Virus record (IMG/VR): IMGVR_UViG_3300028392_002123
DNA: 64,000 nt
Direction: 5' to 3' (one strand)
DNA from: a virus
Taxonomy: Duplodnaviria > Caudoviricetes
Part shown: in pieces, positions 52,974 to 62,457 of the stretch
Numbering within the stretch: the stretch's first letter is position 1
How the letters are laid out: each line of letters starts with the position of its first letter
Made by a program: the position numbers and the translations under genes
Notes under the pieces: model-generated
What the model was told of the DNA's origin: nothing
The model's database searches: none
The model's input: only the letters and a program-made list of their open reading frames with translations

Positions 52974-54098
52974 TTATTTATCTAAAAAGTCATTATCAGC
53001 TGTATAAAAGCTCATAACATCTATGTCGTTATAAAGTATGAAATCACTGTCTAATGCTATGGTTCTTCTTTTCAATGCCATTACTTTGTCCAAACTGAGT
53101 TTCTTTAATTTTGCCATGTATTCTTGCCCAATTAATTTCGAAACATACTGTTTGGCAGTCCACTTGTATGTATCAAATGTCTGCAAGTTTTTAGGTTCTT
53201 TATTGTTCATTGACCATAATTGAAAATCTATACTGTCAAAAAATGGAATAACTGAGTAATTTTCTCTGGTAGATAACGCATACGTTCTATCTTGTATATT
53301 GTTATAAGTATGTATTCTATATTTTACGTTCACCCATTTACAAGCGAAACCATACCACCATGTCATGGTCCAATAGGTTTTTTCTTCTGAAGGACAAGTG
53401 GACATTAATTTCATAAAAGCCGAAGCCCATTTTCTAGCAGATCTAGGAGAGAAACCGGAATATTTTGTAAACATATCATATAAAAATTCTTCGTCAACTA
53501 TAAAGTCGGATAAATCTTTACCAGTTACCTGCGACAGTTCGTTGACTGCTTTTAACAAGATCATGTTACCGTACAGTTGGTCGTTGAGTTCGCCATTGAT
53601 ATAAATTGTATCGGCTTTTAATGTAGCCAAATCAAATTCTTTGCTGTTAACCACATTAAAATTTGGCCGAATAAATTTTTCCCACATCCAAGGATTTTCA
53701 ATTATTGATTCATTGCTCATCATGATGTTTAATTTTTTACTGGCTTGGTCAATACCCATATAGTTAATAAAACTAGTTAACATCACACTACTGTCTATGC
53801 CACCGCTGTACATTAAATTTATTTTTTTATCTTCGCTTTGATTTACCAAGTCCTTTACACGACTCATAGCGGCTTCTTCATAGGTTATGTTAGTGTCAAT
53901 ATACGCGGGTAATTTACACTCATCTGGAATATAAATTTCAAAAGGAAATTTTACTGCACCAGATCTATCTCCAATACAGGTAAAATTATCAGTGAATTTT
54001 TTACCGAATAATTCTAAAAAATCAGTGACATCGTTTTTACCGATCTGTTTGTCCTGCATTAAGACATACATAGTATCGTACATTAATATTTTTTTCAA
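52974..54098 (-). CDS. Asparagine synthase-like PP-loop enzyme (paralogue of 35698)
   Basis: LMYSGGIDSS, INGELNDQL, WWYGFACKW, FQLWS, YKWTAK. Confidence 0.7.
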   Translation of the reverse strand: MKKILMYDTMYVLMQDKQIGKNDVTDFLELFGKKFTDNFTCIGDRSGAVKFPFEIYIPDECKLPAYIDTNITYEEAAMSRVKDLVNQSEDKKINLMYSGGIDSSVMLTSFINYMGIDQASKKLNIMMSNESIIENPWMWEKFIRPNFNVVNSKEFDLATLKADTIYINGELNDQLYGNMILLKAVNELSQVTGKDLSDFIVDEEFLYDMFTKYSGFSPRSARKWASAFMKLMSTCPSEEKTYWTMTWWYGFACKWVNVKYRIHTYNNIQDRTYALSTRENYSVIPFFDSIDFQLWSMNNKEPKNLQTFDTYKWTAKQYVSKLIGQEYMAKLKKLSLDKVMALKRRTIALDSDFILYNDIDVMSFYTADNDFLDK

Positions 54099-54718
54099 GA
54101 TGCTCTTCCCATTAGTCTAAACCTAATTTGTTCAACCATTTTTAGTATATCTTCACGAGTGTTGGCCGCGTTAATTTCTTTTATTAAACTATCCACATGT
54201 CCTTGTGTTTTAAGAATAGAGTACTTTCTACTTTCTACTTTAAGTCTAATTTCTTTTTCCGCATCAGCTACAGGCAAGCTAACACAAGATGCATATTCGA
54301 TTAGCATGTTTTCATTAGTCAATGCTTCTTCTAATACATGAACCGCTTCTTGATTTATAAAATTATCTTGGAAGTATCCGTAAAGGGTAGCATCTGCAAC
54401 AAGATATAAAAATGTAAACATTCCTTTTCTTCCAACTGCCAATGATTTTCTTTTTTTATAATCAAGGGATAGTTGGTCGTCTGGTATAACTGTAGGACTG
54501 CCATCATTGAGTCTTATACTAACTTCATCAAATTTTCTCCAATTATCTCTACTCCAAATAACTGCTGATTGAAATTTTATTGAATTGTCACTTAATGTTT
54601 CAACTTTGGAGTCTAGAATTCCAATGGCTGTGGCTTGAGCGACTCTGTAATCTCGAGTTGATGTTAAAATACAATCCTCTATAGGATCGATTACAAAGTA
54701 TCTTATTCCGGTATCCAT
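54095..54718 (-). CDS. Hypothetical helical partner of PP-loop enzyme
   Basis: Start trimmed to MDTG (GGAG SD); C-terminal INAANTREDI. Confidence 0.62.
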   Translation of the reverse strand: MDTGIRYFVIDPIEDCILTSTRDYRVAQATAIGILDSKVETLSDNSIKFQSAVIWSRDNWRKFDEVSIRLNDGSPTVIPDDQLSLDYKKRKSLAVGRKGMFTFLYLVADATLYGYFQDNFINQEAVHVLEEALTNENMLIEYASCVSLPVADAEKEIRLKVESRKYSILKTQGHVDSLIKEINAANTREDILKMVEQIRFRLMGRAS

Positions 54719-54730
54719 TTTGTCTCCAAT

Positions 54731-54755
54731 AAAAAAGGACACTTACGTGTCCTTT
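54731..54755 (-). terminator. Intrinsic terminator overlapped by late-promoter start site
   Basis: AAAGGACAC-GTAA-GTGTCC followed by T6; TAAATA at 54757-54762. Confidence 0.7.
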
Positions 54756-54774
54756 ATATTTAAGAGTAGTTATC

Positions 54775-55113
54775 TTATTTTTGCACTTGACAAACAGTGG
54801 CTAATTGCTCTGCTTGATAAAAACAGGCCTGCCTATGTTGCCAATCTCCACCAAATGTATGCCAGCAATTATCAATCCTAGATTGATAGATGTATTGGTC
54901 AACATAACAAGATCTTACCGGAGCAGAAACAACTTGTTGTTGATATACCATCGAGGAGCTAGGTGCTGGTTGGACCATTATCTGCGGCTGTCGATTTTTT
55001 CCAATTTCGTAGCCGATAACTCCGCCGATTATTGACGGTGCTAGCCAACTTTGGGCCTGTGCGACCGCTGACAATGACAACACTACTGCGCCAAATAAAA
55101 AACGTTTTGACAT
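54775..55113 (-). CDS. Secreted hypothetical protein with glycine-zipper-like segment
   Basis: Signal peptide; IIGGVIGYEIG; AAGGAG SD. Confidence 0.6.
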   Translation of the reverse strand: MSKRFLFGAVVLSLSAVAQAQSWLAPSIIGGVIGYEIGKNRQPQIMVQPAPSSSMVYQQQVVSAPVRSCYVDQYIYQSRIDNCWHTFGGDWQHRQACFYQAEQLATVCQVQK

Positions 55114-55114
55114 C

Positions 55115-55441
55115 TTAGATCTCCTTGACATGTTTACAAGCACCACGAAAAGTAAAACCAGGGCAGGTGCAGGTCTTGGTTTCGGCGTCGACAAAGTAAC
55201 TGTTGCCTTTACTACCTTTTATTTCGACTAGGTTGCTTTTAACTTTTATTTTGAATAAATGATTATCTGCTTTTGTAAAGGAGCGGCCGCGCTTGTCCAG
55301 CGTCAGGGGAGTTTTAAAGTAAAATGGTTCACCTTGACCAAACTTAATATAAGCAACGGCCTTTGAACCATCAAACAAATAGATGTGGTTCGACTGAGTG
55401 GGCGTGTCTTTCCACTTGGTAGTTTCTTGCAGGGCTTCCAT
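55115..55441 (-). CDS. SWIM zinc-finger protein
   Basis: CTCPGF..RGACKH. Confidence 0.78.
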   Translation of the reverse strand: MEALQETTKWKDTPTQSNHIYLFDGSKAVAYIKFGQGEPFYFKTPLTLDKRGRSFTKADNHLFKIKVKSNLVEIKGSKGNSYFVDAETKTCTCPGFTFRGACKHVKEI

Positions 55442-55463
55442 ATCTTTCCTTTACTATGCTTAT

Positions 55464-55492
55464 AGTATAGCATCAACAGGATTTTGTGTCAA
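55464..55492 (-). promoter_or_regulatory. sigma70 early promoter
   Basis: TTGACA-17-TATACT. Confidence 0.7.
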
Positions 55493-56025
55493 TTTTCGGC
55501 GAATTTTTCCGAACCATTGGCTAATTTAATAGCGTCCCGCAGAGCTTCTTCTACCAATTGGTTTAATGTAATATCTCGCTCATGGGCAATTTTCATAAAC
55601 TGAAACAGAGTTGGATCATCTAACTCCAAAGGCATCGATACCCTAGTGTCATAATCCTCGCCTGCAGAAATAGCTAGGCACTTTTGAATAAAGTCATCGT
55701 CAACTTCCAAATCTGTATACTCAACATCGTCCCATGCTTCATTCAAATTAACATCGCGCAAGAACGCTTCTTCCTTATGCTTCTTACGTTTGTTTTCAGC
55801 TATCATACGATAAGCACGATCATTGGTATAGTCACACACAGTAACTTCGTAGACCTTTTGTGTCTTGGTACTGAATATGATACTGAAACTATATCCATCT
55901 GCGCCGTGGACACCATTCCACGAATCCAAGCAGTAGGCATTGGGTCCATAGCAACTCCAACCATAATCACTACCCTCAGTAATCTTATAGTCAACCAATT
56001 CCATCCATTCTTTCATCGTAATCAT
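55489..56025 (-). CDS. Hypothetical protein with C-terminal ribbon-helix-helix-like segment
   Basis: AHERDITLNQLVEEAL. Confidence 0.6.
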   Translation of the reverse strand: MITMKEWMELVDYKITEGSDYGWSCYGPNAYCLDSWNGVHGADGYSFSIIFSTKTQKVYEVTVCDYTNDRAYRMIAENKRKKHKEEAFLRDVNLNEAWDDVEYTDLEVDDDFIQKCLAISAGEDYDTRVSMPLELDDPTLFQFMKIAHERDITLNQLVEEALRDAIKLANGSEKFAEN

Positions 56026-56034
56026 TTTATATCC

Positions 56035-56889
56035 TTAAATTTCAATTAAAATATTTGGGTTCCAGCCACTGTTTTCACTGTAGCCATCACTTTCGTAACC
56101 ACGTGGGTTACATACAACTCTTGTCTCGCCGATCATGTAATCAAACGGATGATGAGTGTGTCCATGTGTCCATAGCACAATCTGTGGGTGATCCAAAATG
56201 AACTCACTTAGATCACTGTGGTATCCACCATTCATCAAAGTATCATGTGCATACATTGGATGCATACTTTGCAAACTTGGTGTGTGATGCCCAACTACTA
56301 CACACTTCTTATCCTTGTGTTCCTGTACAATCAGTTTGATGTAGGCAAGAGTCTTGTCGTGACGAATAGCAACATCCAACGCACTCATAGTAGCATAGTT
56401 TCTCTTATCGTTGCGGATGATACGAAAGTCGTTCATCATACCTTCAATGGCATGCATGGTAAGTGGATCACGCTTGTTCATGTTAGTCCAAAGTGTTCCG
56501 CCAACAAACACAACATCATCGATGATCTTAGTGTCTTGTTCCAACATGTAGACGTTAGGAAACTTGGCACATTCTTCACGCATGTAATCGATAGCACCGT
56601 AAAACTTACCGTGATAGAATTCGTGATTGCCCATGATGTAGATAACATGCGGGAACTGAAAACTACAACGCTTCAAAAAGTCTCTGTAGGCCTGTGCTTT
56701 ACGTTGTCTACGTCCAAGGCTCTCCAAGTTGATGTTAGTGTACATGCCATAGTCCATCTCAGGATGGTCGTGTAGATCCTGGGCAACCATAATGTCGCCA
56801 CCGAGAATCAGTACATCATAGTCTTGATCGTTTTGAATGTTTATGTCACTGAACTCTAAGTGTAGGTCACTGACTAGTTTTATTTTCAT
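56035..56889 (-). CDS. Calcineurin-like metallophosphoesterase
   Basis: SDLHLEF, GGDI, GNHEFY, GHHTP, HGHTH, NPRGY. Confidence 0.9.
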   Translation of the reverse strand: MKIKLVSDLHLEFSDINIQNDQDYDVLILGGDIMVAQDLHDHPEMDYGMYTNINLESLGRRQRKAQAYRDFLKRCSFQFPHVIYIMGNHEFYHGKFYGAIDYMREECAKFPNVYMLEQDTKIIDDVVFVGGTLWTNMNKRDPLTMHAIEGMMNDFRIIRNDKRNYATMSALDVAIRHDKTLAYIKLIVQEHKDKKCVVVGHHTPSLQSMHPMYAHDTLMNGGYHSDLSEFILDHPQIVLWTHGHTHHPFDYMIGETRVVCNPRGYESDGYSENSGWNPNILIEI

Positions 56890-57110
56890 TGTTTAATTTT
56901 TTCTATCAAACGTTTATGATACCACTCTTCTTCACCTGCAAATTGCGGGCATCTTTCCAAGGCATCTTCTAAAAAGAATTTTATTTCAACTAAGTCTTTT
57001 TTGATATTATGGGCAGTGAAACCATCATTGTATGGACTTGCACATTCCATGGCCATAGTTCTTAACTGACTCATAATATGGGCCGGATCCCAAGACTTTT
57101 TAAAACCCAT
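56886..57110 (-). CDS. Hypothetical protein
   Basis: Coupled small ORF. Confidence 0.6.
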   Translation of the reverse strand: MGFKKSWDPAHIMSQLRTMAMECASPYNDGFTAHNIKKDLVEIKFFLEDALERCPQFAGEEEWYHKRLIEKIKQ

Positions 57111-57286
57111 TATCGAGCTTCTGGTTGTTGTAGGCGTACACGTTTTACCTTACCTTGGTTAGTTTTAATTTCCGCAGAGCGGTCTTGCAACCAACTCTCT
57201 TTCTCAGCTTCAGCCTTAGCGGCTTGGAAGTCTTGAAAAGTTTTACGAAATTTACCACAAGTAACAGTCCAAGTAGTTCCTGACAT
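57110..57286 (-). CDS. Small hypothetical protein (58 aa)
   Basis: Manual translation MSGTTWTVTCGKF...; AAGG SD; promoter at 57321-57350. Confidence 0.55.
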   Translation of the reverse strand: MSGTTWTVTCGKFRKTFQDFQAAKAEAEKESWLQDRSAEIKTNQGKVKRVRLQQPEAR

Positions 57287-57359
57287 TTTAATTACCTTTT
57301 AAAGTTGAAAATACAGCTAGATTATAACACAGATTTAAGTGAGCTGTCAACACTTAAAT

Positions 57360-57701
57360 TTACCGATTTCTTATCAAATCCATGAAGACTGCTTTACCGA
57401 GTTCTTCGGCAAAATCTTCTTGACTGGTAATAATGGTAAGGTTTCGATTATGGCGATCATGTTTTTCATCGTAGAAACTGCTTTCTACTACATAGCCGCC
57501 GGTGGCAGTATGTACAGTAAAATTAACCTGTTGTCTATCACCGCCTAGAATTTGAGAATTCCTTGACATTGAGCTAGAAGCTAATACAGCATTTTTATGC
57601 ATAGAATAGTCCGTTGATACATAATGATTTCCATCGTCTTCTTGATGGGTGGCAGAATTTGCCAACCACCTAGCAATGCGAATACGTAATTTTTCTTTCA
57701 T
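57360..57701 (-). CDS. Hypothetical phage protein
   Basis: 113 aa ORF. Confidence 0.65.
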   Translation of the reverse strand: MKEKLRIRIARWLANSATHQEDDGNHYVSTDYSMHKNAVLASSSMSRNSQILGGDRQQVNFTVHTATGGYVVESSFYDEKHDRHNRNLTIITSQEDFAEELGKAVFMDLIRNR

Positions 57702-57704
57702 GGT

Positions 57705-58151
57705 CTAATTATACTCTTTTATGTCAATTATGTCAAGATTTAATGTTTCCTCATATGCTCGATATATTTCATTTTTATCCATATCGTGCTGATGATATCC
57801 CTGTAACAATGTATTCAAATAATATTGATCTGGTGTTCTAAGTGGATAATATTCTCGCATATAATAAATCATAGCAGTAATTACGGCGCCTTCATAGACA
57901 ACATCTACCATTTTCTTTTCATAATAATAAGGAAAGCCTTCTAGGGAATCTAAACTACGTTCGCACATTTCTGTAATTTCCCACAGCGCACATTCCATTG
58001 CTCCGTTTTCATAATACTCGGCATCGGCGTGTGTTTTAAATGTAAGTATATGGTCATCTAACCAAACCTTACCCAAACTCACAGCATTAGGGCATCGTCG
58101 TGCCATACTACCTAAATTGGTATTCATTCCATAAGCAAGATAAAATTTCAT
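57705..58151 (-). CDS. Gamma-glutamylcyclotransferase (AIG2-like)
   Basis: YLAYGMN, ARRCP, LDSLEGFP.YY. Confidence 0.8.
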   Translation of the reverse strand: MKFYLAYGMNTNLGSMARRCPNAVSLGKVWLDDHILTFKTHADAEYYENGAMECALWEITEMCERSLDSLEGFPYYYEKKMVDVVYEGAVITAMIYYMREYYPLRTPDQYYLNTLLQGYHQHDMDKNEIYRAYEETLNLDIIDIKEYN

Positions 58152-58197
58152 TCTATTCCTAAATAATCAATGATACCCACGCAGGTGATGGCATACA

Positions 58198-58512
58198 TTA
58201 TATTTTATATTCCTCGGCAAACTCTTTAGACATTACAATATTACGGTCTGGAAAACGTTTAACACAATGCTGTTTAAGTTCTTCTATGTTACGGCCCTGT
58301 GCTACAAACATATCGGTGTCAGCCTCGAAGAGGTAGATCATATCTCCATGTTTTTCCGGCTTAACAAAAATAAAGTGCTTTACAACTTTTTCTATTTCTT
58401 TATTCAGTTCTTCGTGACGATACTCGAGAAACTTCATTACAAATGACATCAAAATCCTGCCTATCAACCAACCGATAAAAGCATATAGTAAGAAATCTAA
58501 AAATTCTGTCAT
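58198..58512 (-). CDS. Hypothetical protein with N-terminal TM segment
   Basis: Start trimmed to MTEFL. Confidence 0.6.
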   Translation of the reverse strand: MTEFLDFLLYAFIGWLIGRILMSFVMKFLEYRHEELNKEIEKVVKHFIFVKPEKHGDMIYLFEADTDMFVAQGRNIEELKQHCVKRFPDRNIVMSKEFAEEYKI

Positions 58513-58513
58513 A

Positions 58514-59101
58514 TTACCTTTTTGCAATAACTTGGTCAGCCAAACCATATGCCACAGCTTGATCTGCATTCATAAAATAATCACGCTCCATGTCTGCTTT
58601 GAGCTCATCGAAGGTCTTGCCCACACTATTATGATTAACGTAAATTTGTGTGAGATTTTTTTTCATTTCAAGAATTTCTCGAACATGAATTTCCATGTCA
58701 GTGGCTTGACCGCCGGCGCCACCGCTGGGTTGATGAATCATGTGTCTTGCGTTGGGAAGGATAAATCGTTTTCCCGCCGCTCCTGCTTGGGCAAGTAAAC
58801 TACCCATCGAGCAGGCCTGCCCCATAACATAGGTGGATACATCTGGTCGGATAAACTGCATTGTATCATATATGGCCATACCGGCTGTGACACTACCACC
58901 TGGGCTATTAATAAACATTGTAATATCTCTGCCAGCATCTTCACTCTCCAAGAAAAGAAGTTGACCAACAATCAAGTTAGCCATTTGATCATGCACTTCG
59001 CCTTCTAGTAGAATAACGCGGTCACGCATTAAACGACTATACAAATCCATGGCACGTTCACCATTGCCGGTGCGTTCCAAAACCATTGGTACCAAACTCA
59101 T
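58514..59101 (-). CDS. clpP: ATP-dependent Clp protease proteolytic subunit
   Basis: [32 protein letters not shown]. Confidence 0.95.
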   Translation of the reverse strand: MSLVPMVLERTGNGERAMDLYSRLMRDRVILLEGEVHDQMANLIVGQLLFLESEDAGRDITMFINSPGGSVTAGMAIYDTMQFIRPDVSTYVMGQACSMGSLLAQAGAAGKRFILPNARHMIHQPSGGAGGQATDMEIHVREILEMKKNLTQIYVNHNSVGKTFDELKADMERDYFMNADQAVAYGLADQVIAKR

Positions 59102-59359
59102 TTAATTTCCTTTAATTGTATCAAACAGACCATCACGCTGTTTTTTATATTCTTTATAATTCTTCATAAGGACATCTACTATCCACCATTTACCTAACCA
59201 GAAAAAGATAATAGTCCAACCAACAGCACAGGCAATTATATCATAAGGTTTGTTTAAAGCAAGACTAACGACATTTAGGATCATGGCAATAATAAAACTA
59301 CGTTGCCATAGTTCCCAATTACGCCATACCCACGATATATAACCAAATAAATTTTTCAT
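59102..59359 (-). CDS. Small membrane protein
   Basis: Two TM segments. Confidence 0.65.
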   Translation of the reverse strand: MKNLFGYISWVWRNWELWQRSFIIAMILNVVSLALNKPYDIIACAVGWTIIFFWLGKWWIVDVLMKNYKEYKKQRDGLFDTIKGN

Positions 59360-59363
59360 AATA

Positions 59364-59558
59364 TTATTTAATAGACTTTAAATCAAAAACAAAGTTATCC
59401 CTGCGATCTAATTCTACTGCAAGGCATTCTTTATAAATTTCATCATTGGTTCCACTGCTCAACAAACTTTTATAAAGTTCAAATTCTTCTTTTAACATAC
59501 TTGTAGGTTTGGCCCGCATAGTATCTTGAATGTTTTTGATGTATACTTCGAAGCTCAT
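59364..59558 (-). CDS. Hypothetical protein
   Basis: Coupled small ORF. Confidence 0.55.
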   Translation of the reverse strand: MSFEVYIKNIQDTMRAKPTSMLKEEFELYKSLLSSGTNDEIYKECLAVELDRRDNFVFDLKSIK

Positions 59559-59806
59559 TCTTCATCCTTTAATTGATTTTTAAAAAATTCAAGTTGGTCA
59601 ATCAAGTCTTGGCAACCTTGTTTATTCATGGTAAGTGTACTGTAACCCATCTTGAAAACCATGTGTGTGTTCTCAGCAGTGGGTCCAATACTATACATAG
59701 CTTCGGGTATGCTCTGTTTCGGTGACTCACTATAAGGAGAAGACACCTTCTCAGGAAATTGAACTACATTAGAGTAGTCGCGTTTTTTAAAAAAATCAAA
59801 TATCAT
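59555..59806 (-). CDS. Hypothetical protein
   Basis: Coupled small ORF. Confidence 0.6.
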   Translation of the reverse strand: MIFDFFKKRDYSNVVQFPEKVSSPYSESPKQSIPEAMYSIGPTAENTHMVFKMGYSTLTMNKQGCQDLIDQLEFFKNQLKDEE

Positions 59807-60018
59807 TATTCAACTCCGAAATGTTTATAAATTCTGTCGCCAATACGATATCCCAATTCTGACTGTTCATTTTTATCAAACAACTCAGCACATTCCCGCA
59901 CAATCAACTCGGCGAACTTTTCCACATCAATCACATAAATGTTTGTGCGGTCATCATTTAATTCTTCCTCTGTGTTAGGGCCAGCCTGTTCAGCAAGTTC
60001 TCTAATCTTCTCGTTCAT
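59806..60018 (-). CDS. MNE(K/R)IRELAEQAG-family small protein
   Basis: Tandem paralogue of 60015. Confidence 0.65.
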   Translation of the reverse strand: MNEKIRELAEQAGPNTEEELNDDRTNIYVIDVEKFAELIVRECAELFDKNEQSELGYRIGDRIYKHFGVE

Positions 60019-60230
60019 TCTTCAACTCCGAAAACTGAAATTTTCTTAACCATATCACCTAACCGTAGTTCCACAGATAAACGACGCTCGTTTCCGTTAA
60101 ACATTCCGTCGCTAACTACAGCCGTATTAGCAATTTCATTAAACAATAACTCGGCGAAATATTCGATAGATTCTTCATCTTTGTTTAAGAATCCAGCCTG
60201 TTCAGCAAGTTCTCTAATTCGTTCGTTCAT
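60015..60230 (-). CDS. MNE(K/R)IRELAEQAG-family small protein
   Basis: Shares N-terminal 13 aa and C-terminal FGVE with 59806. Confidence 0.65.
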   Translation of the reverse strand: MNERIRELAEQAGFLNKDEESIEYFAELLFNEIANTAVVSDGMFNGNERRLSVELRLGDMVKKISVFGVEE

Positions 60231-60511
60231 ACAACCTCTAACATATTAGCAGGAACTCGGAACAACACTGAACCCGTGTCAACTGTGATAAACTTGACAG
60301 CAATCTTACGAACTGTGCCTTTATAAGTTATACCATTGCGGTTGCTGGTAAACTTAACAGCCTGTCCCAACGAAATGCTTCGCTTAACTTGTTTCTGTAG
60401 TTGGGCGCGATTCCATTTGATAGCATCAATCATGCTATTAAGTTCTGTGTCAGACCAAGTGCCAAACATAATGGACTGGTTGATTTGTTGAATAGTTGAA
60501 AGTTTTTCCAT
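60227..60511 (-). CDS. Hypothetical phage protein
   Basis: 94 aa, SH3-like C-terminus. Confidence 0.65.
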   Translation of the reverse strand: MEKLSTIQQINQSIMFGTWSDTELNSMIDAIKWNRAQLQKQVKRSISLGQAVKFTSNRNGITYKGTVRKIAVKFITVDTGSVLFRVPANMLEVV

Positions 60512-60513
60512 GA

Positions 60514-60888
60514 TTAAGCAACCTTCTTAAAATAACCATAGGGCAAGCCCTGGGTAAAACAAAAATACTCCGAGTCGCCATTGGCACCTTCAGCATCCAT
60601 CAACCATGCAATCACTCGGTCACGGTTAGTGCTGGTGTGCATAAGATTAGCCACACGATCTTCAAACGCCACAACGGCACGAGCTTCGGACTCTAACTGC
60701 TCTTTATAGTTGGCTTCGATAGTCCGGCCCAACTGAACGAACTCACGTTCAAAGTCTGCTTCTGTCCAGCTGGTAGTATCAATACCGCGGGGACGAACAC
60801 CGTAGGCATCCTTGTACATATCCCAGTAGGTGCAGGCATACTGTTCCAGAGTAGTCATCTCTTCCCAGCTTTTGAAGTCTTCGCTCAT
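60514..60888 (-). CDS. Hypothetical phage protein
   Basis: YWDMYKDAYGVRPR; promoter TTGACA-17-TATAAT at 60919-60947. Confidence 0.72.
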   Translation of the reverse strand: MSEDFKSWEEMTTLEQYACTYWDMYKDAYGVRPRGIDTTSWTEADFEREFVQLGRTIEANYKEQLESEARAVVAFEDRVANLMHTSTNRDRVIAWLMDAEGANGDSEYFCFTQGLPYGYFKKVA

Positions 60889-60943
60889 GTAGAACCTCTT
60901 TTTGTTTACAATACAAGTATTATAGCAAAGTTACCAATTTCTG

Positions 60944-61177
60944 TCAATTAAATGATTTATATAAACCAACGACACATACTGCAATGGCTACAACATTGAC
61001 TAACATCTGTGGTTTATTTGCAACACGATATGCCCACAATGCATAGCACAATCCGCCTAGTAAACCACAGACTGGATCTAGTCCTAGTTCCCTAAAAAAG
61101 TTCATTAACACATACATCGTAAGGATGAAAAATGTGCCTACCCACTGTATAATATCGTTTACTTTTTCTTTGTTCAT
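60944..61177 (-). CDS. Small membrane protein
   Basis: Three TM segments; ATG 6 nt after TTGACA-17-TATAAT (61184-61212). Confidence 0.65.
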   Translation of the reverse strand: MNKEKVNDIIQWVGTFFILTMYVLMNFFRELGLDPVCGLLGGLCYALWAYRVANKPQMLVNVVAIAVCVVGLYKSFN

Positions 61178-61228
61178 GTACTTATTATACAGCCACAGTG
61201 AATTTCTGTCAATTATTGGGAATTTCTG

Positions 61229-61420
61229 TTAAATCCACTTGTGCCCGTGTTGTAATCGCCACATAAAAGCATCTTCGTCATTGAAAAATTCCACCATCCA
61301 GCCGCGTGGTTCCTCTTCAGTCCATGCAAAATTAAATTCAGTTAACGGCTCGAGACCCATGGCTATCAAGTCGCGTTCGATAATTTTAAAGTCCCAACGA
61401 TTTAAAATAAATTTCGTCAC
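61229..61420 (-). CDS. Small protein of tandem family (F.D..DA..F.L)
   Basis: C-terminus EFFNDEDAFMWRLQH. Confidence 0.6.
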   Translation of the reverse strand: MTKFILNRWDFKIIERDLIAMGLEPLTEFNFAWTEEEPRGWMVEFFNDEDAFMWRLQHGHKWI

Positions 61421-61441
61421 GTACTATTTACTAGTACTATG

Positions 61442-61660
61442 TTATAGGTCGTGTTTTAGTCTAAAAATTAACGCATATTCTTGATTATAAAACATCAAGA
61501 CAACTTTTGGTTCTTCGATCAAGTGTCCATTAATAGGATCATGTCTTGCCTGCATATAATAAAAATCAAAGTCCTTGCCTGTTTCCATTCCATCGTCTCG
61601 AATATTTTGTACTATTGGAAGAACCTCACGAGCATTGGTTTTTATTTCTATTTTAATCAT
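61442..61660 (-). CDS. Small protein of tandem family
   Basis: C-terminus FYNQEYALIFRLKH. Confidence 0.6.
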   Translation of the reverse strand: MIKIEIKTNAREVLPIVQNIRDDGMETGKDFDFYYMQARHDPINGHLIEEPKVVLMFYNQEYALIFRLKHDL

Positions 61661-61919
61661 TGAACATAAGATTGAATATCAATATTTCCTGCTCGTCCGA
61701 TATTGAAACTGTGTACATTGGATCGCCACTGTTGAATCTGTGAGTATATTCAGCACTAGGGCAATGTTGGTCCATCCACTGTTCAAATTCATGATCATCG
61801 TCGGGGTAAACCCAGCAAGTCCAACCTCGTGGTAAAATTATTTCTCCAAAAATATTACCTGGATTGATAGGAGTTATTCCATCGTGAAATTCTAAATGAT
61901 GTACTTTAGTCATGACCAT
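61653..61919 (-). CDS. Small protein of tandem family
   Basis: C-terminus ISDEQEILIFNLMF. Confidence 0.6.
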   Translation of the reverse strand: MVMTKVHHLEFHDGITPINPGNIFGEIILPRGWTCWVYPDDDHEFEQWMDQHCPSAEYTHRFNSGDPMYTVSISDEQEILIFNLMFND

Positions 61920-62092
61920 CTTAACGTAAACATCATGGCATCTTTTTCATCACTAAAAAAATAATCAATTTTTGAATGGTCGTATGTATTATATCCATCC
62001 TGATGTAAATCATTAGAAATATAACTTGGACAATGTTCTTTAGCCCAATCTAACGGAGCCCAAACTGGATCGTAGGGTAAGGTAACTGTCAC
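61910..62092 (-). CDS. Small protein of tandem family
   Basis: C-terminus FFSDEKDAMMFTLRWS. Confidence 0.65.
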   Translation of the reverse strand: MTVTLPYDPVWAPLDWAKEHCPSYISNDLHQDGYNTYDHSKIDYFFSDEKDAMMFTLRWS

Positions 62093-62457
62093 TTGCCGAA
62101 CCTTAATACTACCATCATATACAGTTCTTCACTGATGTCAAACATATTTCGATGCACCGTCCACTTGTCATCAATATGTTCATACCAAGAATTGTTTTCA
62201 ACGCTGTTCTCTCGAATCCACACGGACACTTCCTTGCGACAAGTGATGGTGTGCCAAATCTTGCCATCTACTTCTGCACTACTGATAATTTTACATTTAG
62301 GTTGCTGTTGCTCTTGCATATCCTGCCATTGATGAAGATATTGACTAATTGTACTTTTACCCGTTTGTCTGCCTGTAAGTTGAACCACACCACGGCGTTT
62401 AAATTTTGTTAAGTTATCAAATATCTGTTGTTGAAAAGGTTCTAATTTCATGACCAT
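62089..62457 (-). CDS. Small protein of tandem family with N-terminal GRQTGKS
   Basis: C-terminus ISEELYMMVVLRFG. Confidence 0.6.
   Translation of the reverse strand: MVMKLEPFQQQIFDNLTKFKRRGVVQLTGRQTGKSTISQYLHQWQDMQEQQQPKCKIISSAEVDGKIWHTITCRKEVSVWIRENSVENNSWYEHIDDKWTVHRNMFDISEELYMMVVLRFGK

Noticed and set aside
62089-62457. Terminase or helicase from the GRQTGKS Walker A-like motif
   Set aside because: The protein is only 122 aa with no Walker B and ends in the small tandem-family motif. At most it is a captured fragment.
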